Source: Felis catus
Lineage: Eukaryota
Assembly (NCBI RefSeq): GCF_018350175.1
Contig: NC_058368.1
Span: forward strand, 217,560,001-217,624,000
Direction: 5' to 3'
Length of the DNA: 64,000 nucleotides
Made by a program: the position numbers and the translations under genes. Positions 48,470-63,017 of this stretch are shown here, piece by piece. How positions within the stretch are numbered: the first letter of the stretch is position 1; the number at the start of each line of letters is the position of its first letter. Under the pieces are notes generated by a model. It had not been told where the DNA came from. It did not search any database and saw nothing but the letters and a program-made list of their open reading frames with translations.

Positions 48470-49760
48470 ATGTACATGTGCAAACTGATGTATGCACATC
48501 TTAACTGTACAGCTCAACGAGATTTTATATTTCTATTTGCCTATGTTAATATGACCAAGATCACAATATAAAAAATGTTTGGCATCCAAGAAGACACCCT
48601 CTCATTTAGCCTTTCCTAATCAATGACCTCCCATAGGTTACCGCTTTGCTGACCCCAATCCCTATTGATAAGTTTGCAAGTAGTTGAATTTTATATGCAT
48701 GGGATTACACAGTATGTCTGGATTCTGTATTTCAATTTTATACAGGATAACTTCATCCATGACATTATATGTAGAATTAATTTTTTTAATGGCTACACAG
48801 TATGCCATTGCTTAAGTATGCCACAATTTATTCTATTGATAAATTATTGATGCACTTTTAACTGGACATTATTATATATAAAATGTGCTATGAAGAATCT
48901 TACACATTTTATTGTCACATGTGGATTTATTTCCTTTGGGTATATTTTAAGAGTAGGATTGCTGAATCATCGAGTGGGCATAGATTTGTCTTTAGTAGAT
49001 GCTCATAAAGCATTTTCAAAGAAATTGTACCAACATTACACTCCCTCCAGGAATTTGTGACTGTTCATTTACGCCATGTATTTACTAATGGTTTTAGTTC
49101 CATATATGTTACTCCATACATATTACTAATGCTATGTAACTTTACCTTGCCATGTCATAAAGGTTTTTATACATACAAGTCATTTTTTGAGAGATATTGA
49201 AATTATTTTCTCCTAATTTCAGCTCACTTCTTCATTACCATCATAGTGTATTTTAATGAAGAAAGTTTCTTACTTTTAGTTTGGTTCAGTATACCAATCT
49301 CTTCCTTTGAGGCTATTAATTTTTGTGTCCTATGATTGAATTATCATCATTAGGATAATATCCTTTGCTTTTTTTCTGGATGCTTCATTGTTTTCTGTAC
49401 CAAGTTTAGGTTTATAAGCCAACTGAAATTCATCATGGGCCACATGTAAAGTAGAGATCAAGGAGTGAATATAGGCCTAGATTTTTTCCAGTATTAATTT
49501 TTTTTAGAGATCATTTCTGCATCGAATTCCAATGGCCACTTTTTGCATAATTCATGTGGCTGTTTATGTGCACATGTGTTTGCTAATCTTTTTGTTTGTC
49601 CTTATGTTTATACCAAATTCTTGTCGAAGCATTATTGTTTGTTTTTAATATAGCCATTTAAGTTCCCCAACTGTATTCCTCTTCTTTAAAACCACTGTGG
49701 CTTCTGAGGTCTTCTGCATTTTCATAAACTTTTAAAAATTAGCTTGTTCAAATTCCACTA
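48470..49760 (-). mobile_element. Ancient L1ME-like 3' fragment
   Basis: atttcctttgggtatattttaagagtaggattgctgaatcat, ttgtaccaacattacactccctccag and ttctgcattttcataaacttttaaaaattagcttg. Confidence 0.65.
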
Positions 49761-50053
49761 GTCTCAGGAACTGTTTCGGTTTTAAAAGACTAAAATGACA
49801 TATCTATTTTAGGAAATGTGTGACCCTGGATTGAATCCTGGATTTTGTGGCATATTATCATAAATTCTTTATTAGAACAATTGCTATATTTGAAGAGGGA
49901 CTTTTGTTGTAATGTTAAATATAATTATACTATTAAATTTGTTTAATTTTATAATTATTATCATGATTATATTAGACAATTTTCTTGTTCTGAAATATTC
50001 ATTTTGAAGTATAAATTGGTAAGGTGTCTACAAATTGATAAAGGCAATTTTAA

Positions 50054-50281
50054 CATTTATTTTTTTTAACATTTTTTTAACATTTATTTTTGAGAAACAG
50101 AGACAGAGCATGAGTGGGGGAAGGGCAGGAGAGAGAGAGAGAGAGGGAGACAGAATCTGATGGAGGCTTCAGGCTCTGAGCTGTCAGCACAGAGCCCGAC
50201 ACGGGGCTGGAACTCACATACTGCGAGATCATGACCTGAGCCAAAGTCGAATGCTTACTAACTGAACCACCCAGGTGCCCC
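50054..50281 (-). mobile_element. CanSINE
   Basis: TSD ataaa(g/a)gcaattttaa at 50038-50053 and 50282-50297. Confidence 0.95.
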
Positions 50282-53200
50282 ATAAAAGCAATTTTAATTC
50301 ATACAGTGCATGTCATAATAGATATGACAAATATCATATACCTACAGAAGTATCTAAATGAAGAAGAAAATGATGAACAGGCAAAATGATTGAACAGTTA
50401 TTTCGCAAAAGATGATACCCAAGTGGCCAATAAGATACATATGATAAGGTGTTCAAGTTTTTAGGAAATGCAGATTTAAACCACTTAAATAACAGAATGA
50501 CTAAAAGTAAAAAGAAAATCCCAAGGGGAGGTGATGGTATGAACAAACTGAAACTCTCACAGATTCAGGATAAACTATAAATGCGAGCAACATTGAAGGG
50601 CACTTATCTGGAAAAATACAATATGCTTAGATGATAGAAGACTCAAAAATAATCTAAAGATTAAATGCCATCCTATTGATATCCCTGTGTATTTCAGATC
50701 TCGAGTACATGAAGTTTAGATCTCAATTTGGAGATGTTAGCAGAGACAGGGGGGCTCTACTCTCTGTGATCCTCCCTAAGATTGTGCTGTACAATTTCTA
50801 GCCACTCTGGCAAACCCAAACCCTTACCACTGTCTTCTCAGCCAAATAACACTGCTTCTCTCTGTTTGGGCTCTAAACATATCGTCACTAACTCCCTAGC
50901 TGGAAAGTACCTTCAGGGGAAAAGGCTGGTAATAGCATAGGCCACAAAAGGTATAACTCAAAGGAATATACTTTGCAGCACTTCCTCTTTTGATTCGTCA
51001 TCAGTTTTGTCTGTCTGCCTGCATATCTATTTGTTTTGATCATGTTTTATAATTGTTCCCAGCGGGTATATTTGTCCAGTGCAGCTAAATACCAAGATTG
51101 CTTTTGAGAAACACTTCATAATGTGAATGTAGGGTTCATAGGCCACTAAGGCTTGTGATATTGTTAAGATTTAAATATTTGTCCAATGTGCCTAATAAAA
51201 ATAAGATATACTTATTATTTCTGTTTCTTGTTTTATCATATTAGGTAGAACTTTCAGAGTGTTTTTTATCATAGGTAATAGTGTGAGTCGATTCCTTACT
51301 GTGATATGTCACTCTGAAGGATAAGTTGTTGGTACTTTGGGGGTTCTCTAGCATGTTAAGAAACATGGTGCTTCACTGTTTCCTTCCTGGCAAAAAACTC
51401 AGACCTTCCAATGAACATCTGCAGTGGCCATTTGTAAACATTTGCTATTCATTTCTTGTCTGGACCAGCAAGTCTATTTTAGAGTTATACTCTGCTCTTC
51501 TCATCGCCACATCTCGAATGCCCTGTGGGGTTGATGATTAGTGCCCCTTCTTTCCAGGGCAATTTCCAACACCTCCACTCATTCCATCAATACCTCAGTA
51601 AGAGCGTGGGGGCAAGAAGTCAGGTGTCACTAACTAGCCTTCATCTCTTGAACTATCTAATCTTTCATACTACTTTATATATAACAGAATTATGTAAAAT
51701 AAAAACCAACATTGCCATTATGTTTTACCGTATTTTATAAACATACTTCCATTATATCTTTTCAGACTTGGTTATTCTTTGAAAATATAGATTTTTTTTC
51801 TTCTACTTTAGTGCCTGGAACATATTAACACTAAATCAATGTTGGTTTTAATCCAGTTTTTTAAGCATGGGACAGTGATATTATTATCATTGTTGTTATC
51901 ACTGCACTCATTAAGGACAAGGCACAGTTAAACTAAGCAAGCAGATATTTTCCAAACCCACTGAACTGTTTTAGAGGAGTTTTGCAAAGGGGAAAATTAT
52001 ATATCATGCTTATTTACTTATTTGTCTTCAAAAGTATAAAAATCATCATTTTGCTCACTAAATATGGCCTTACCATGAAGACACGATTTTAACAAAATGA
52101 ACCAGAAGAGAGAATAAATTAAGTTTTAAAATATATTGGGTAAGATAATTAGGTAAAATTGAGTCATATTAAATACTATAAACATTAGATATTATTTTGT
52201 TGATTTTTTAATTTTAAATTATAAAAACGCAGTATTTTGGACCTTAACATCAATAACATTATGTTAAAAATGAGATCACAATATAAAAAGAAAGAAAATT
52301 AATTCAAAGAATAATTCATTAATTGACATTCCCTAAGTAGAGAGACAGACACTCAAATTGGTGAAACTTCTTGTTAGATTCACTTGAAAAACTTCAGTTA
52401 TGAAGAAGTTGAAATTGATAGATAATATTCATGCTTGTGATCAATTTGAATTCAGCCTTTACTGGATATCAATAGTTAATGTGGCTTGCACTGCTAATCT
52501 TCAAGGAGCTTTCTTCAGTAAAAGAATAGTTGCCATAAAAGTGATTGCAAGGTAAAGAACAAAAGCAAATGATATATTTATGCAGAAACTTAGCAAACAT
52601 TTTATAGGTTACAGACCATGGTTGCTTAGGTTTTCCAAATTTTTAAGCCGTTAACTGAAGCCATATAGTATATAGGGGTCATATATAGAACACATTCAAC
52701 AATAAATTTAAAGCCCAAATCATGAACAGGTATCATTTCAAAGTTGTGTAAAAATATAAGGTTACTATTCCTTTGCTGCAGTTAGCAATCCTAAAATTAA
52801 AACTCATCATTATCACTCCTTAGTTCCTTCCTGCCCTCCACCTGCAACTAAATGCAAAACCAAAAGACATTTTAAAATGTTTGACCATATGCTGTGAGTT
52901 GTGATAAAGACGCTTTTAATATTTAGTGTGACATGGCCACAGAAAAGTATCTAATATACAAAATAGGTTCAAGAAAAACGAATGCATGAGTTTATTCCTC
53001 TTCTGTGATTGATCTGGTTCCATTAATTTACCTTCCAGACTCATAAGTGTGGTGACATACTTGTTTCTGCCACAAGTAGTATCTTGGTGTCTCTTGTCAG
53101 CTTTCTTATATTAAATCTTTAACTGGTCCTATTCCCTCTGATTTTTGTTTTGTCTTTCAAATTGCCTTTATATACTCTGTGAGAGTATTTTTTCTAAATT

Positions 53201-53699
53201 ATCTTATCCTCTTTGAACATCTTTAATGGTTCTTGCCCAGAGAAAATGCTCAAATATGTTCAGACTACTGTTATTTTAAAACCTTTAAGAATAGGGCATT
53301 CGCTATCCTTCTTGGCACAATCACCCCATACTTAATTTCCATTTAATCCTGAAATCTCCATTGTTTATTTATACCTTCCATTTTATTCATTGCATATTAA
53401 ATCCTGTTCAAATTTAAAAAGTCTACATTTGATATCATTCTTACGAGCTGTTTATCTACCTGCCAGCCAGTGGTTGCTATTTTCCCTGTCCTGTAACACT
53501 ATGTTTTATAGTATCTTTGTATGTTCCTATCACACAGCTGTATCTGTATATGTGTATGTGTGCACATGTGTACACATGTATATGTGTATGTGGTGAGCAT
53601 GGGTGTGTGTGCCTGCATATGTTGTGAGTGATTTTTGTGCAGGCTGTGAAAAGAAAAATTACTTAATCCCTTTACATTCCAATGTCCCAGCTCAGTGCT

Positions 53700-53732
53700 T
53701 GCATGCACACGCACACATGCGCGCGCGCGCGC

Positions 53733-53763
<31 letters not shown>
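53700..53763. repeat. Compound (GC)7(AC)n alternating purine-pyrimidine microsatellite
   Basis: tgcatgcacacgcacacatgcgcgcgcgcgcgcacacacacacacacacaca.... Confidence 0.95.
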
Positions 53764-56741
53764 TTTGTTAGAGAAATAAGAACAGCTTTCTCTGTAAAGA
53801 GACTAAATTTCTGGAGCAAATATCCTAAGGAAAATCCTGTTGTCAAGTGCTTTTCAGCCATGTAGTCGATTCTGGCAACATGTACAAATAATCACTTGCA
53901 TGAAAATGATTCATTCTAAATTCTTTTCTTTTTGACTTGCAGGTCTTACATTTAATAAATTTTGTGCATTGAGGGCACAATGGATAATACCATTTAAAGT
54001 TGTTCCTACTGAACAGGTACTTCTCTAAAGTTGGAATGAAATAGTGGGAGTGATAATACATTGCTGTAGTTAGCACTCCCCAGAGTATAATAATTGCCTC
54101 TTGAAAATGATGTGTTCAAGGCAATAACCTTCATTTGTATTCTATGAGATATAATATGACCAATGAGTGAATCCTAATTTTCTCTCATGTCATTTCACTC
54201 CTGGTAATAAGTGCTTCATCTTGACCATTTTCATGGTGAATAATGCTGGAATCATACAGTACACATTCTCTTTTCTGACTTTCTGGTCAAGGCTAGAAAT
54301 AGAGGCTCCCATTTTAGCTTTGCATAAAGCTGAAAAGAAGCAGAGTTTGCATTTATGTCAAAAGGAACTTCATAGAATAAAAGGTAGCTGAAATGTGTGA
54401 ATTGTGATAAGAATGGCCTCTTCTATGTCGGAAGCATTTCTGAGGTTTTTACTGCTAACATTCTTTTCCCCGCTATGGATCAGAAAATTTAAAGGAAATG
54501 AAAGTTTATGTTGGTATTCAATTTGAATTATATGTAAAAATCTCAGGACCATATTTATTATATTCACACTAGACATTTGAATCGCTGTAGGACCTGCAAC
54601 ATTTATGAGAAAAAATAATCTTACTTACATGTATACAGGTATAGAAGACAAGGTCAAATTTGCAAAATGAGGTTTTTCTCAAATAAATAAGGTCTAGTCT
54701 ATGTAAATATATGGAAAGAAAATTCAGTGAAGGCAGAGAAATGAAGGTTCTGATTACTAATGCAAAAACTTCATGATGTACTCAATTATTCTATCATACT
54801 TCTTTGGAGTTGCAATGATTTAGTTATTTCTATGTTTACTTTAGATTAATAAGCCTGGTAAATGTGATGTGCCTTGAAGAACAAAGGTTGATCATAAATA
54901 TCAAAGCAATGAAATATTGGGAAAAACTTTTACATGAATACAGACCATATATATCATGTGTATGTATATATTAATTTAATGAGGTTTATTTCTCATTACA
55001 GGTTACATGAGTTGTTAGAAAAAAAACATGAATAAATTGATAAAGATTATTTTTTGCTGTAAAAACAGTGAGATTCATAATCATTTCTTCACTAAGCCAT
55101 TTGAAAACGTTTAATTGATTAGTAAAACCTGTAATTTAAGGTCAATAGCATTAATTTAAATTGTATGTGTTAACAAGAAAAAGACAATGACTATTTAGTT
55201 TTGTGACATTTCCATAGAAACAAAAACCTGAAATCTCTTGAATTATCAGAATTCAAAATTTACTACTATATTTTGTTTTGAAGAAATTTTGAAACTCATC
55301 AGACTTACTTTGAAAAAGGTGTATAAATATATATGTATATATGTAATTTATTTTTCAATCTATCAGTGAAATCAGCAGACTAAGAAAAATAAAAGTCTAG
55401 GGTTCTTGCTGTCAGAAAAAAAAAAAACAAGGAAAAGAGAATTAATAGAAATGATAAGTGTAGATACCAAGCAAAGGAAATTTTGAATCTTTAAAGCATC
55501 CAACAATCTATTTAAACTCTACAACTATATACTGGCATCTGCTAGTTTGAGGCTCTACGCTAGGATATTTCAGATTACAGTGAATGTTTACAAGAACCAC
55601 ACAATCCAGTGGCAACAGGAATCAGAACATACATACAAAAGAAAACGCTATTTTTTGAAATGATTATCACTCTGAAAACCCCTCTCTGGCCAATTAACAT
55701 TAGAACAGATTCTCTAGCCACAAAAACAAAAATAATATCAAAACAATAGTGAAATGCAATTCTTCTTCAATGAGCCTAGTAAAAGTGAAAAAGCTTGATA
55801 TTTGGCAAGGGATTTTTGAAGTCCCTTTTAGCTATAAGTATCCAAAACTACCAAAAAAATAAAATAATAGTTAATAGTTGATGCAGCAATTCCCCCACTA
55901 GAAATTTGTCCAGTAGTATATTCTTAGAAATATATGAAGACATATGGACAAGAGTATTCATTATAGCACTTGATATAATAACCAATGACAACAACAAAGG
56001 ATCCAAACTAAATATCCATTCATTTAAGATTACTTAAATAAGAATAAACAATTCATTCGCTGTGGAAAACGAGTACATGAAACTATATAAAATGATATGA
56101 GAAGCTCTCTAAGATAAATTAGTAAAAAAACAAAAAGCAAAAAACAAAAAAGGAAGAGATTTTAGGTTTAAGAAGGATAAAAAAAACATCAGTTAATAGT
56201 TGCATACTTAAATATCTGATATATATAGACTGTGTTTCTGGTCAGTGAGGGGAGGACAGATGGGATCTTTATATTTAATTTGGTTTATATACTTAACACT
56301 GCTAATTCATGTGACATCAAAATCTGTCCAGACTTGGCCCCATCACTCTCTAAATTCTAGGCACTACTCCTGCCAAAAGTCAGAACCCTGACTATCCTGA
56401 AATGGTTACTGTGTTCAGACCATCCACCTCTTTGGGATATATATCTATTCATCTATCAAAAGTCATCTCTTATACCATCAATTCCAGAAAACATTCTCTT
56501 AAATATCCCCAGGTTTCTTCTCTTTCCTGAACATACTTCTATATATACTCTAATAATATCATTTTGTATTTCCATTGTTTGAATGCCTGGCATTCTACTA
56601 AAATGTAAATCCATTAAATTAATGTTATTTTTATCTCTTACAGATACTGTATTGCATAAGCTGATGGCTCACATTGGATCTATAATTTTATCTAATGAAA
56701 AGTAAAATAAAGACCATAAGAAATAAAAACCAAAGTTTTAT

Positions 56742-56930
56742 TAAAAAAATTTTTTTTAATGTCTATTCATTTTTGAGAGACAGAGAGAGATAGGGAGACA
56801 GAATCTGAAGCAGGATCCAGGCTCTGAGCTGGTGGCACAGAGCCTGATGGGGGGCTCCAATTTGGGAACATTGAGATCATGACCTGAGCTGAAGTCTGAC
56901 GCTCAACCAACTGAGCCACCCAGGTGCCAC
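56742..56930 (-). mobile_element. CanSINE (short CT region)
   Basis: ...gaatctgaagcaggatccaggctctgagct...ctgagccacccaggtgcc. TSD-like aaaaccaaagtttta / aaaacagagtttta. Confidence 0.92.
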
Positions 56931-56969
56931 AAAACAGAGTTTTATACATATAGATGTCACTTAAAATAG

Positions 56970-57105
56970 GATGTGAATACCTCTCACTATTTCCCCCTAG
57001 CAGAATGTATGCTCCAGTTAGCAGGCATTTTCACTTGTGTTCGTTGCTGTATTCACAGCGCCTAAAACCGTGCCTGGAATATATTTTGATACTAAACAAA
57101 TGAAC
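56970..57105 (+). mobile_element. L2 3'-end fragment
   Basis: agaatgtatgctccagttagcaggcattttcacttgtgttcgttgctgtattcacagcgcctaaaaccgtgcctggaatata. Confidence 0.65.
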
Positions 57106-59284
57106 ATTAGAACAGATGTAGAACTGTAATTGCATTCATAAGTACTCTTTCTGAGGAAACTTATAATTAAAGTAATTAAATAACTTTCTTAAGGATTTGA
57201 ATTTATAATACATTTAAATTTGGATAGATACAGTTTTAATTTCGAACAGAACTGGGTCTTGAATCTTATGAGCAAGGCTACTCCTTTAGAGAAACTTACA
57301 GGTAAGTATGGGGTTTGCTGATACTGACGGTAATTAAATTACTGGGGCAATACATACAGGGAAAGAAGACAAGGGAAAAGAACATAAGACAACAGAAGAG
57401 GACTCCAGGACAGAAACTAAGGAATGTATACATTCCAGCCCAAGAGCTAGTCATTCCAGAAAGAGTCAGAAAACCACAGATAAAGACAAGCTCTGGGAGA
57501 ATTAGAAAAATTCAACATTGCAAAGCTCAAACAAGGATAACTTGCAATAATTACATGGTAAATGATGTCACAGTAATGTATTTATGTAATTGGGCTAAGA
57601 GAAATACTGGGTTTGTTAACTGTAAAAGAACATTCCAATTTTGTGGGTAGAAGCCAAATTGTGAAGAACTGTCTTGGGAATGTCAGTAGAGTAAGTGGAG
57701 AAAGTTAGTAGAGGCTCTTTCATTTATTGTACGACAAAAGAAAAGGAAAAATAAGTGGTACCTTCACAGAAATTAAATATTTTGTTTTTGGGTGGATAAT
57801 TGGGAGAAATCAGGTGATGTGTGTTTAGAAGATCATCTGAATACGGATCGCATATTAGATTGTTTCCTACCACAGCAGATCCTGAGAGCTTGGTATGAAG
57901 CTGTAGCAGGAAACACTGAACCAGAGCCACAAGAAGTAAAGACTCAAGACTGGAAAGAGAAGTTGAACTGGGGCATGGGGCAAAAGCCAATCCCATGAAG
58001 AGTTCTAGATCTGGAATTGCTCTCAGAGCTACCCAACACTGAGACAAGGAACCTGGGACTTTGTACTGTGCATCAAGTGTTGGATGTGGGGAGCTTCAGG
58101 GAAGGAGTTTAACTTGGGCGAGGTGGTTCCCTTTCACTGAGCTGCAGTAACAAGAGAATTTCATCAGTGACCTGGGGAAAGTGCCCTAGTTCTGAAGAGG
58201 AGATAGGTTGATCGGAACATACATAGCACTAAATTCAGTTGGCAAAAATGGTATATAATATTATAATATTACAGTATAGTACAGTATATAGGTTTAAACC
58301 CACCAAAAAGATTTACATGGTTATTTAACATATTAAATGCTTATGGAAATATAAAATGTTTTGCTTTATTTTACATGGTCATAGAGTTAATTTAAAATCT
58401 TTAATTTTGGTGTTACTGTTACTGCTGTTCCAATGCTTTTGAATCAGCTCTACATAGAACATGAGAGAAAATGAACCAAATAATCTAGTTCATTCTATTA
58501 CTATGAAGTCCACATTTCTTGGGACAAGCCCAGAAGTGTTCACATAATTAGGCTAAAATAGTGGGTTCAGTTTCTAGTTGTTCAATTACTGTTTCCTGTT
58601 CATAAAGCGCACAAGGGTATCGCCAACTGCAAAAGAGAGATATTTTATTTTAATGATGCAATAGGAAAACTATTTTAATGACCTAAAAGGAAAACTAGTT
58701 AAAAGTCAATGTATCCTGGATGTTTTAATTACAAGAGATTCCATTCTTTTTAAGATGGATTTGCAACTGTTCAGTTAAAAAGGAATATCATCGGTAAAGG
58801 ATATTATAATAGTCTCTAGACATTGATTAATCTCTTCATTGTCTGACCCAGGAAAATCACTGGGAGACCAACAAGAATTAGTTATTAGCTGGAAATTTTT
58901 AGCAAGGGAATAAGAGACTGGATTTTGCTGGATCAGAAGATGTATCCTTGTATTTTACAAAATAATTACAAGACTTAAATATAATGGTATTGAGAAAATC
59001 TATTTGATTCATGAAGGCAAAATTATTTTATTCAATCAACACACCATTTTTCTGGGAAGAGAAAAAGATCAATGGAGAAAAATAACCATCATTTATAGTT
59101 TTATATATTTTATGACTTTGATTCCTGTGCATTCATTGAGAAAGGATAGGCCATAACTCAGTAGACCAAATTCCTATGGAGTAGGAACAACGGTCTCCTT
59201 GTGATGCTCTTGGAAGTCTAGTCTAGTCTTTCTGCAGTGAAATATAAAATTAAAAAAATATTTCTCAATCCCCACGTTCTAAAA

Positions 59285-59287
<3 letters not shown>

Positions 59288-59323
<36 letters not shown>
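59288..59323. repeat. (GT)18 microsatellite
   Basis: Direct reading. Confidence 0.97.
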
Positions 59324-59326
<3 letters not shown>

Positions 59327-60436
59327 AATCATCATAAAGGCTTGTTCTATATTGAACATAAGTTTTATGAAGAGAATATTTCCTTGAACAAAACAATAAA
59401 GCAGAACACAACAGCTCTATTATAAAGTTTATGAAAGTACTATTCACAATTTCTTGATTGCACTTAGCGTGAGCACTCATACTTTTTCTTTTCCTTTTAA
59501 TGGAAAACTATAATATTAGTGCTTCCATGAACCTTGAATATAATTTGGTATAAAGCCTTCAATTTAGTGAGATGGATTCTTTTCTAAAATCATAGTAGTA
59601 TTTATTCAGAAAGATTTTCAAACTTTTAATCAGTGCCATTTCTTTCTAATTATCTTTAAGTTCAAGTTAAAGGTACATTTTTCCTTATTCTTATTTTGTG
59701 ATTCATTTAACATTCACTGAGTTATCTAATCTCTGGGAGTAACTTCACAATGTCCATTGAAATAATGTATCATTTTATAAAGAGTGACAAAGACCTAATC
59801 ACCAATCTGCACTAATGTTCATGGATACATGGTAAGATTCAATTTGCATTTGCACTCATTATTCGAGAAAAATATATACAATAATTAAATAAACATTCCC
59901 AGGCTTCTCTAGTTTAGAAACTTTTGGGAGAATAGTAATGGCTATTTATTTATTATTTATTTGATCTACGTTTCTATATCTAATTTATTTATGTAGTGCT
60001 GATTTTATCTCATAATGTTCTGGCTGAGCTCAAAATTCAGCAACACACAGTTGTTGTCAGCATAAACCAGGAAACATAGAATTGGCATTCAGTGTCTTTG
60101 TGCTTACCCTTATTTTTTTATATACTTTGAGAGAGTCTAAGATATAAGTGACATATCCAAAGTGACATACTTAAAAGTCCAGCAGATAGCATCTCACAGG
60201 AGATTAGAGCCAGAAGCTGTTCCACTGCTAAACTACAAAGGAATGTAAATTACTTTGGTACTATTTTATGTTCTACATTTTCTTCTGAGCAAAGCAAACA
60301 CTATTCTTGAAAAAGGACAAAATCTAAATGCTATAGATTGAAGATTATATCACTATCTGTAGTTCTAAAGTGATCAATTCTAATGGGATTTAAAGAGTTC
60401 TGATCAATTGTCATGGAGTATTTTTGTCTATTAAAG

Positions 60437-60512
60437 TAATTGTTTTTGCAAATAATAGTAACAGATGATTGCAAATAATTGTTTTTGCAAATAATAGTAA
60501 CACAGATGATTG
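60437..60512. repeat. Local tandem duplication, period about 39 bp
   Basis: taattgtttttgcaaataatagtaa(ca)cagatgattg occurs at 60437-60471 and 60476-60512. Confidence 0.93.
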
Positions 60513-60650
60513 TTTACTTTCTTTTAAATTGTCATGATATCACTGTGCAGATTAATTTGTTCAAAGAGAAGAGATTTTTTGGGGGCGGGGTAGGAAAATA
60601 TATTGACTTAGCTGCAGGAAGATTCCTTTTATTAAGAAAATAATTTTGGT

Positions 60651-60782
60651 GGGGCGCCTGGGTGGTTCAGTCGGTTAAGCGTCCAACTCTGATTTTGTCT
60701 CAGGTAATGATCTCCTGGTTTGTGAGTTCCAGCCGCACGTCAGGATCTGTGCTGGTAGTGCAGAGCTTGCTTGAGATTTGAG

Positions 60783-60834
<52 letters not shown>

Positions 60835-60874
60835 CCTCCCTGCTCTCTCTCTTAAAATAAATTTTTTTTTAAAA
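60651..60874 (+). mobile_element. CanSINE with a long (CT)n
   Basis: ggggcgcctgggtggttcagtcggttaagcg.... TSD aagaaaataatttt at 60634-60647 and 60875-60888. Confidence 0.95.
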
Positions 60875-62823
60875 AAGAAAATAATTTTTGTTTACAAAAA
60901 ATGTGATAAACTGATTATAGAGTGAGATCTTTGGGGAGAATCTAAACCAACAAAAAAATAAAAGGAGAAAGCTTGGGGTTTTTGTCTATGGATGGGTTGT
61001 CCAACAAAAGAGGACAGAGGTCAGGGAGATTATTAGCGACAGGAAGCTACCTGTTCTGTGTGGTGAAGGATCAGTAAAAGTCAGAAAGAAAACCTTGGAT
61101 TTGATAGTAAAAAGGCTTTAACACAGTGAACACATAGTGTTAGATTTCTGTGTAGTGGTCACAGTGACTGTGCCTGGACTGTCATATAGTAGATAAAATC
61201 TATTGTCCTCTTAGCTTTAATTAGTTTTGTTTTATAATACATTCTACTCTGTTATGATAAATCTGATTTTGAGCAACTATCAATGATGAAATGATTTAGT
61301 ATGCTGTATAAGTTTTCTGAAATCAAGTAATAAGAGACTTTAAAAAGAAAAGAAAGTGGGACTGACAAGTTTCTGATAAATATAGTGCTTGAGAATTAAA
61401 AACAACAACAACAAAAACCTGGGTCTGTTTATTTGCTTTAATAATATTGAAAGTTTTATTTTCATATGGCCCAAATAATTAAGTATATGAATCAAAAAAA
61501 TCATTATGCCAAAGCCAGAAATATTCTGCATTGAGGTACCTTTATTATCTCTTTGACATATGAGATGATACTAACCCTTGTCCCATTAGGGGTGAGATAA
61601 ACAGAAAGATAAACAGAAAACACTAAAAGAAGAGGGTAGTTGCTGTAAATAAGGAGACATTTTCAGAAGACATGATGAGGAAGGTTCCGCTTCCTCATTA
61701 GGCTTTTGAGTCCACATCTATAATGAAAGTTACCTGAGGGGTTCTAGAGTCTTATGTTAGTTAGAATCAGTTAGAGGGTTAGTCTTCAGTGTGCCTTGGT
61801 ACAGATCTTGCACTTAGCTGTGCCTGCCTTTGTTGCTTTTGATTTAATAAACAAACAAATAAGTACATAAAAATCTCCTCAAATAAAATAAAAATTGCAT
61901 ATGGAATTGTTAGTAGGTATGTTGATTGGTTCATTGGTTAGTTTGTTTGGAAATTAAGTGAGTTAATTTTTTTCTTATTTTCTTTACTTAAACAATTGTA
62001 CCTGGGATGACTTGGAAAATTTGCAAGAGAAGAGGGAAGGGAATATAGATACTCTTGATAATGGCTCAGTGAATGTAGAGAGCTTTGCATTATAATAGCA
62101 TATAGCAAAAGGGGATTTGTGCAATTTCATCTAAATTTTCAAGTTCTGAATACACCAGGTGATATCAAGTTTATAATTGGAGCTATAATACACAATTTAA
62201 AATTAATGTCATTTAAATGACAAAATATTCAGAGGTTCAAAATCATATCAATTTTCTTCTCTCTCTTCATATCTACCATTATTAAAACCATGTTACATTT
62301 TAGTTTGTTTTCTAATTGAGCTGGCAGCACTTTACAGAGATGTGTGTTTGAAGTCACTGGTTGTCTTCTTTTATGTTGAGAAAATTTCTAAATACCATTC
62401 TCAACAAACAGCCTCTTGTATCGTAATTATATTACTAATTATATTATTCTTTGAAAGTTTAATATGATGTCTAAGCTTGTCAGTTGTTTTATGAATGGCA
62501 AATGGGTGGTAAGCTCTTTGTGTCCATGCATGAGTTATATTGATTTTATCCTTACATTTAATTAACAATTTTACTGAGTATGGAATTCAGTTTCAAAATA
62601 ATTTGAACATGAATATACACATTCACAACAATGGTCACTCCTTTAGCTTTCAGTGTCTAAGACTGTTGATGACAACTCTACTGTTTACATAATGCACATT
62701 CCCAAACAACTGATCTCTTCACTGGAAGTATTTAGGATGCCTTGTCTTTAGGTAGTGTTGTAAAAGTTCATGATAACAGAAAAAAAAGAAAATCAAAGAG
62801 TAGCTAACTTCTTGTTTCATTAC

Positions 62824-63017
62824 TTTTTTTTAAATTTATTGTTTTGTTTTGTTTTGAGAGAGAGAGAGAGCGTGAGCATGGGTGGGGCAGAAAGGGGGAG
62901 AAAATAGAATTTCAAGCAGGCTCCACTCAGCACGAAGCCCAACACAGGGCTTGATCTCATGACCTTAGCCAAAATCAAGAGTCAGATGCTTAACCGACTG
63001 AGCCACTCAGGCACCCC
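62824..63017 (-). mobile_element. CanSINE
   Basis: ...caagcaggctccactcagc...gcttaaccgactgagccactcaggcacccc. Confidence 0.92.

Noticed and set aside
57315..58047. ORFs of 68-111 aa with non-ATG starts
   Set aside because: No recognisable domain or splice structure; they appear to overlap decayed L2/LTR-like sequence.
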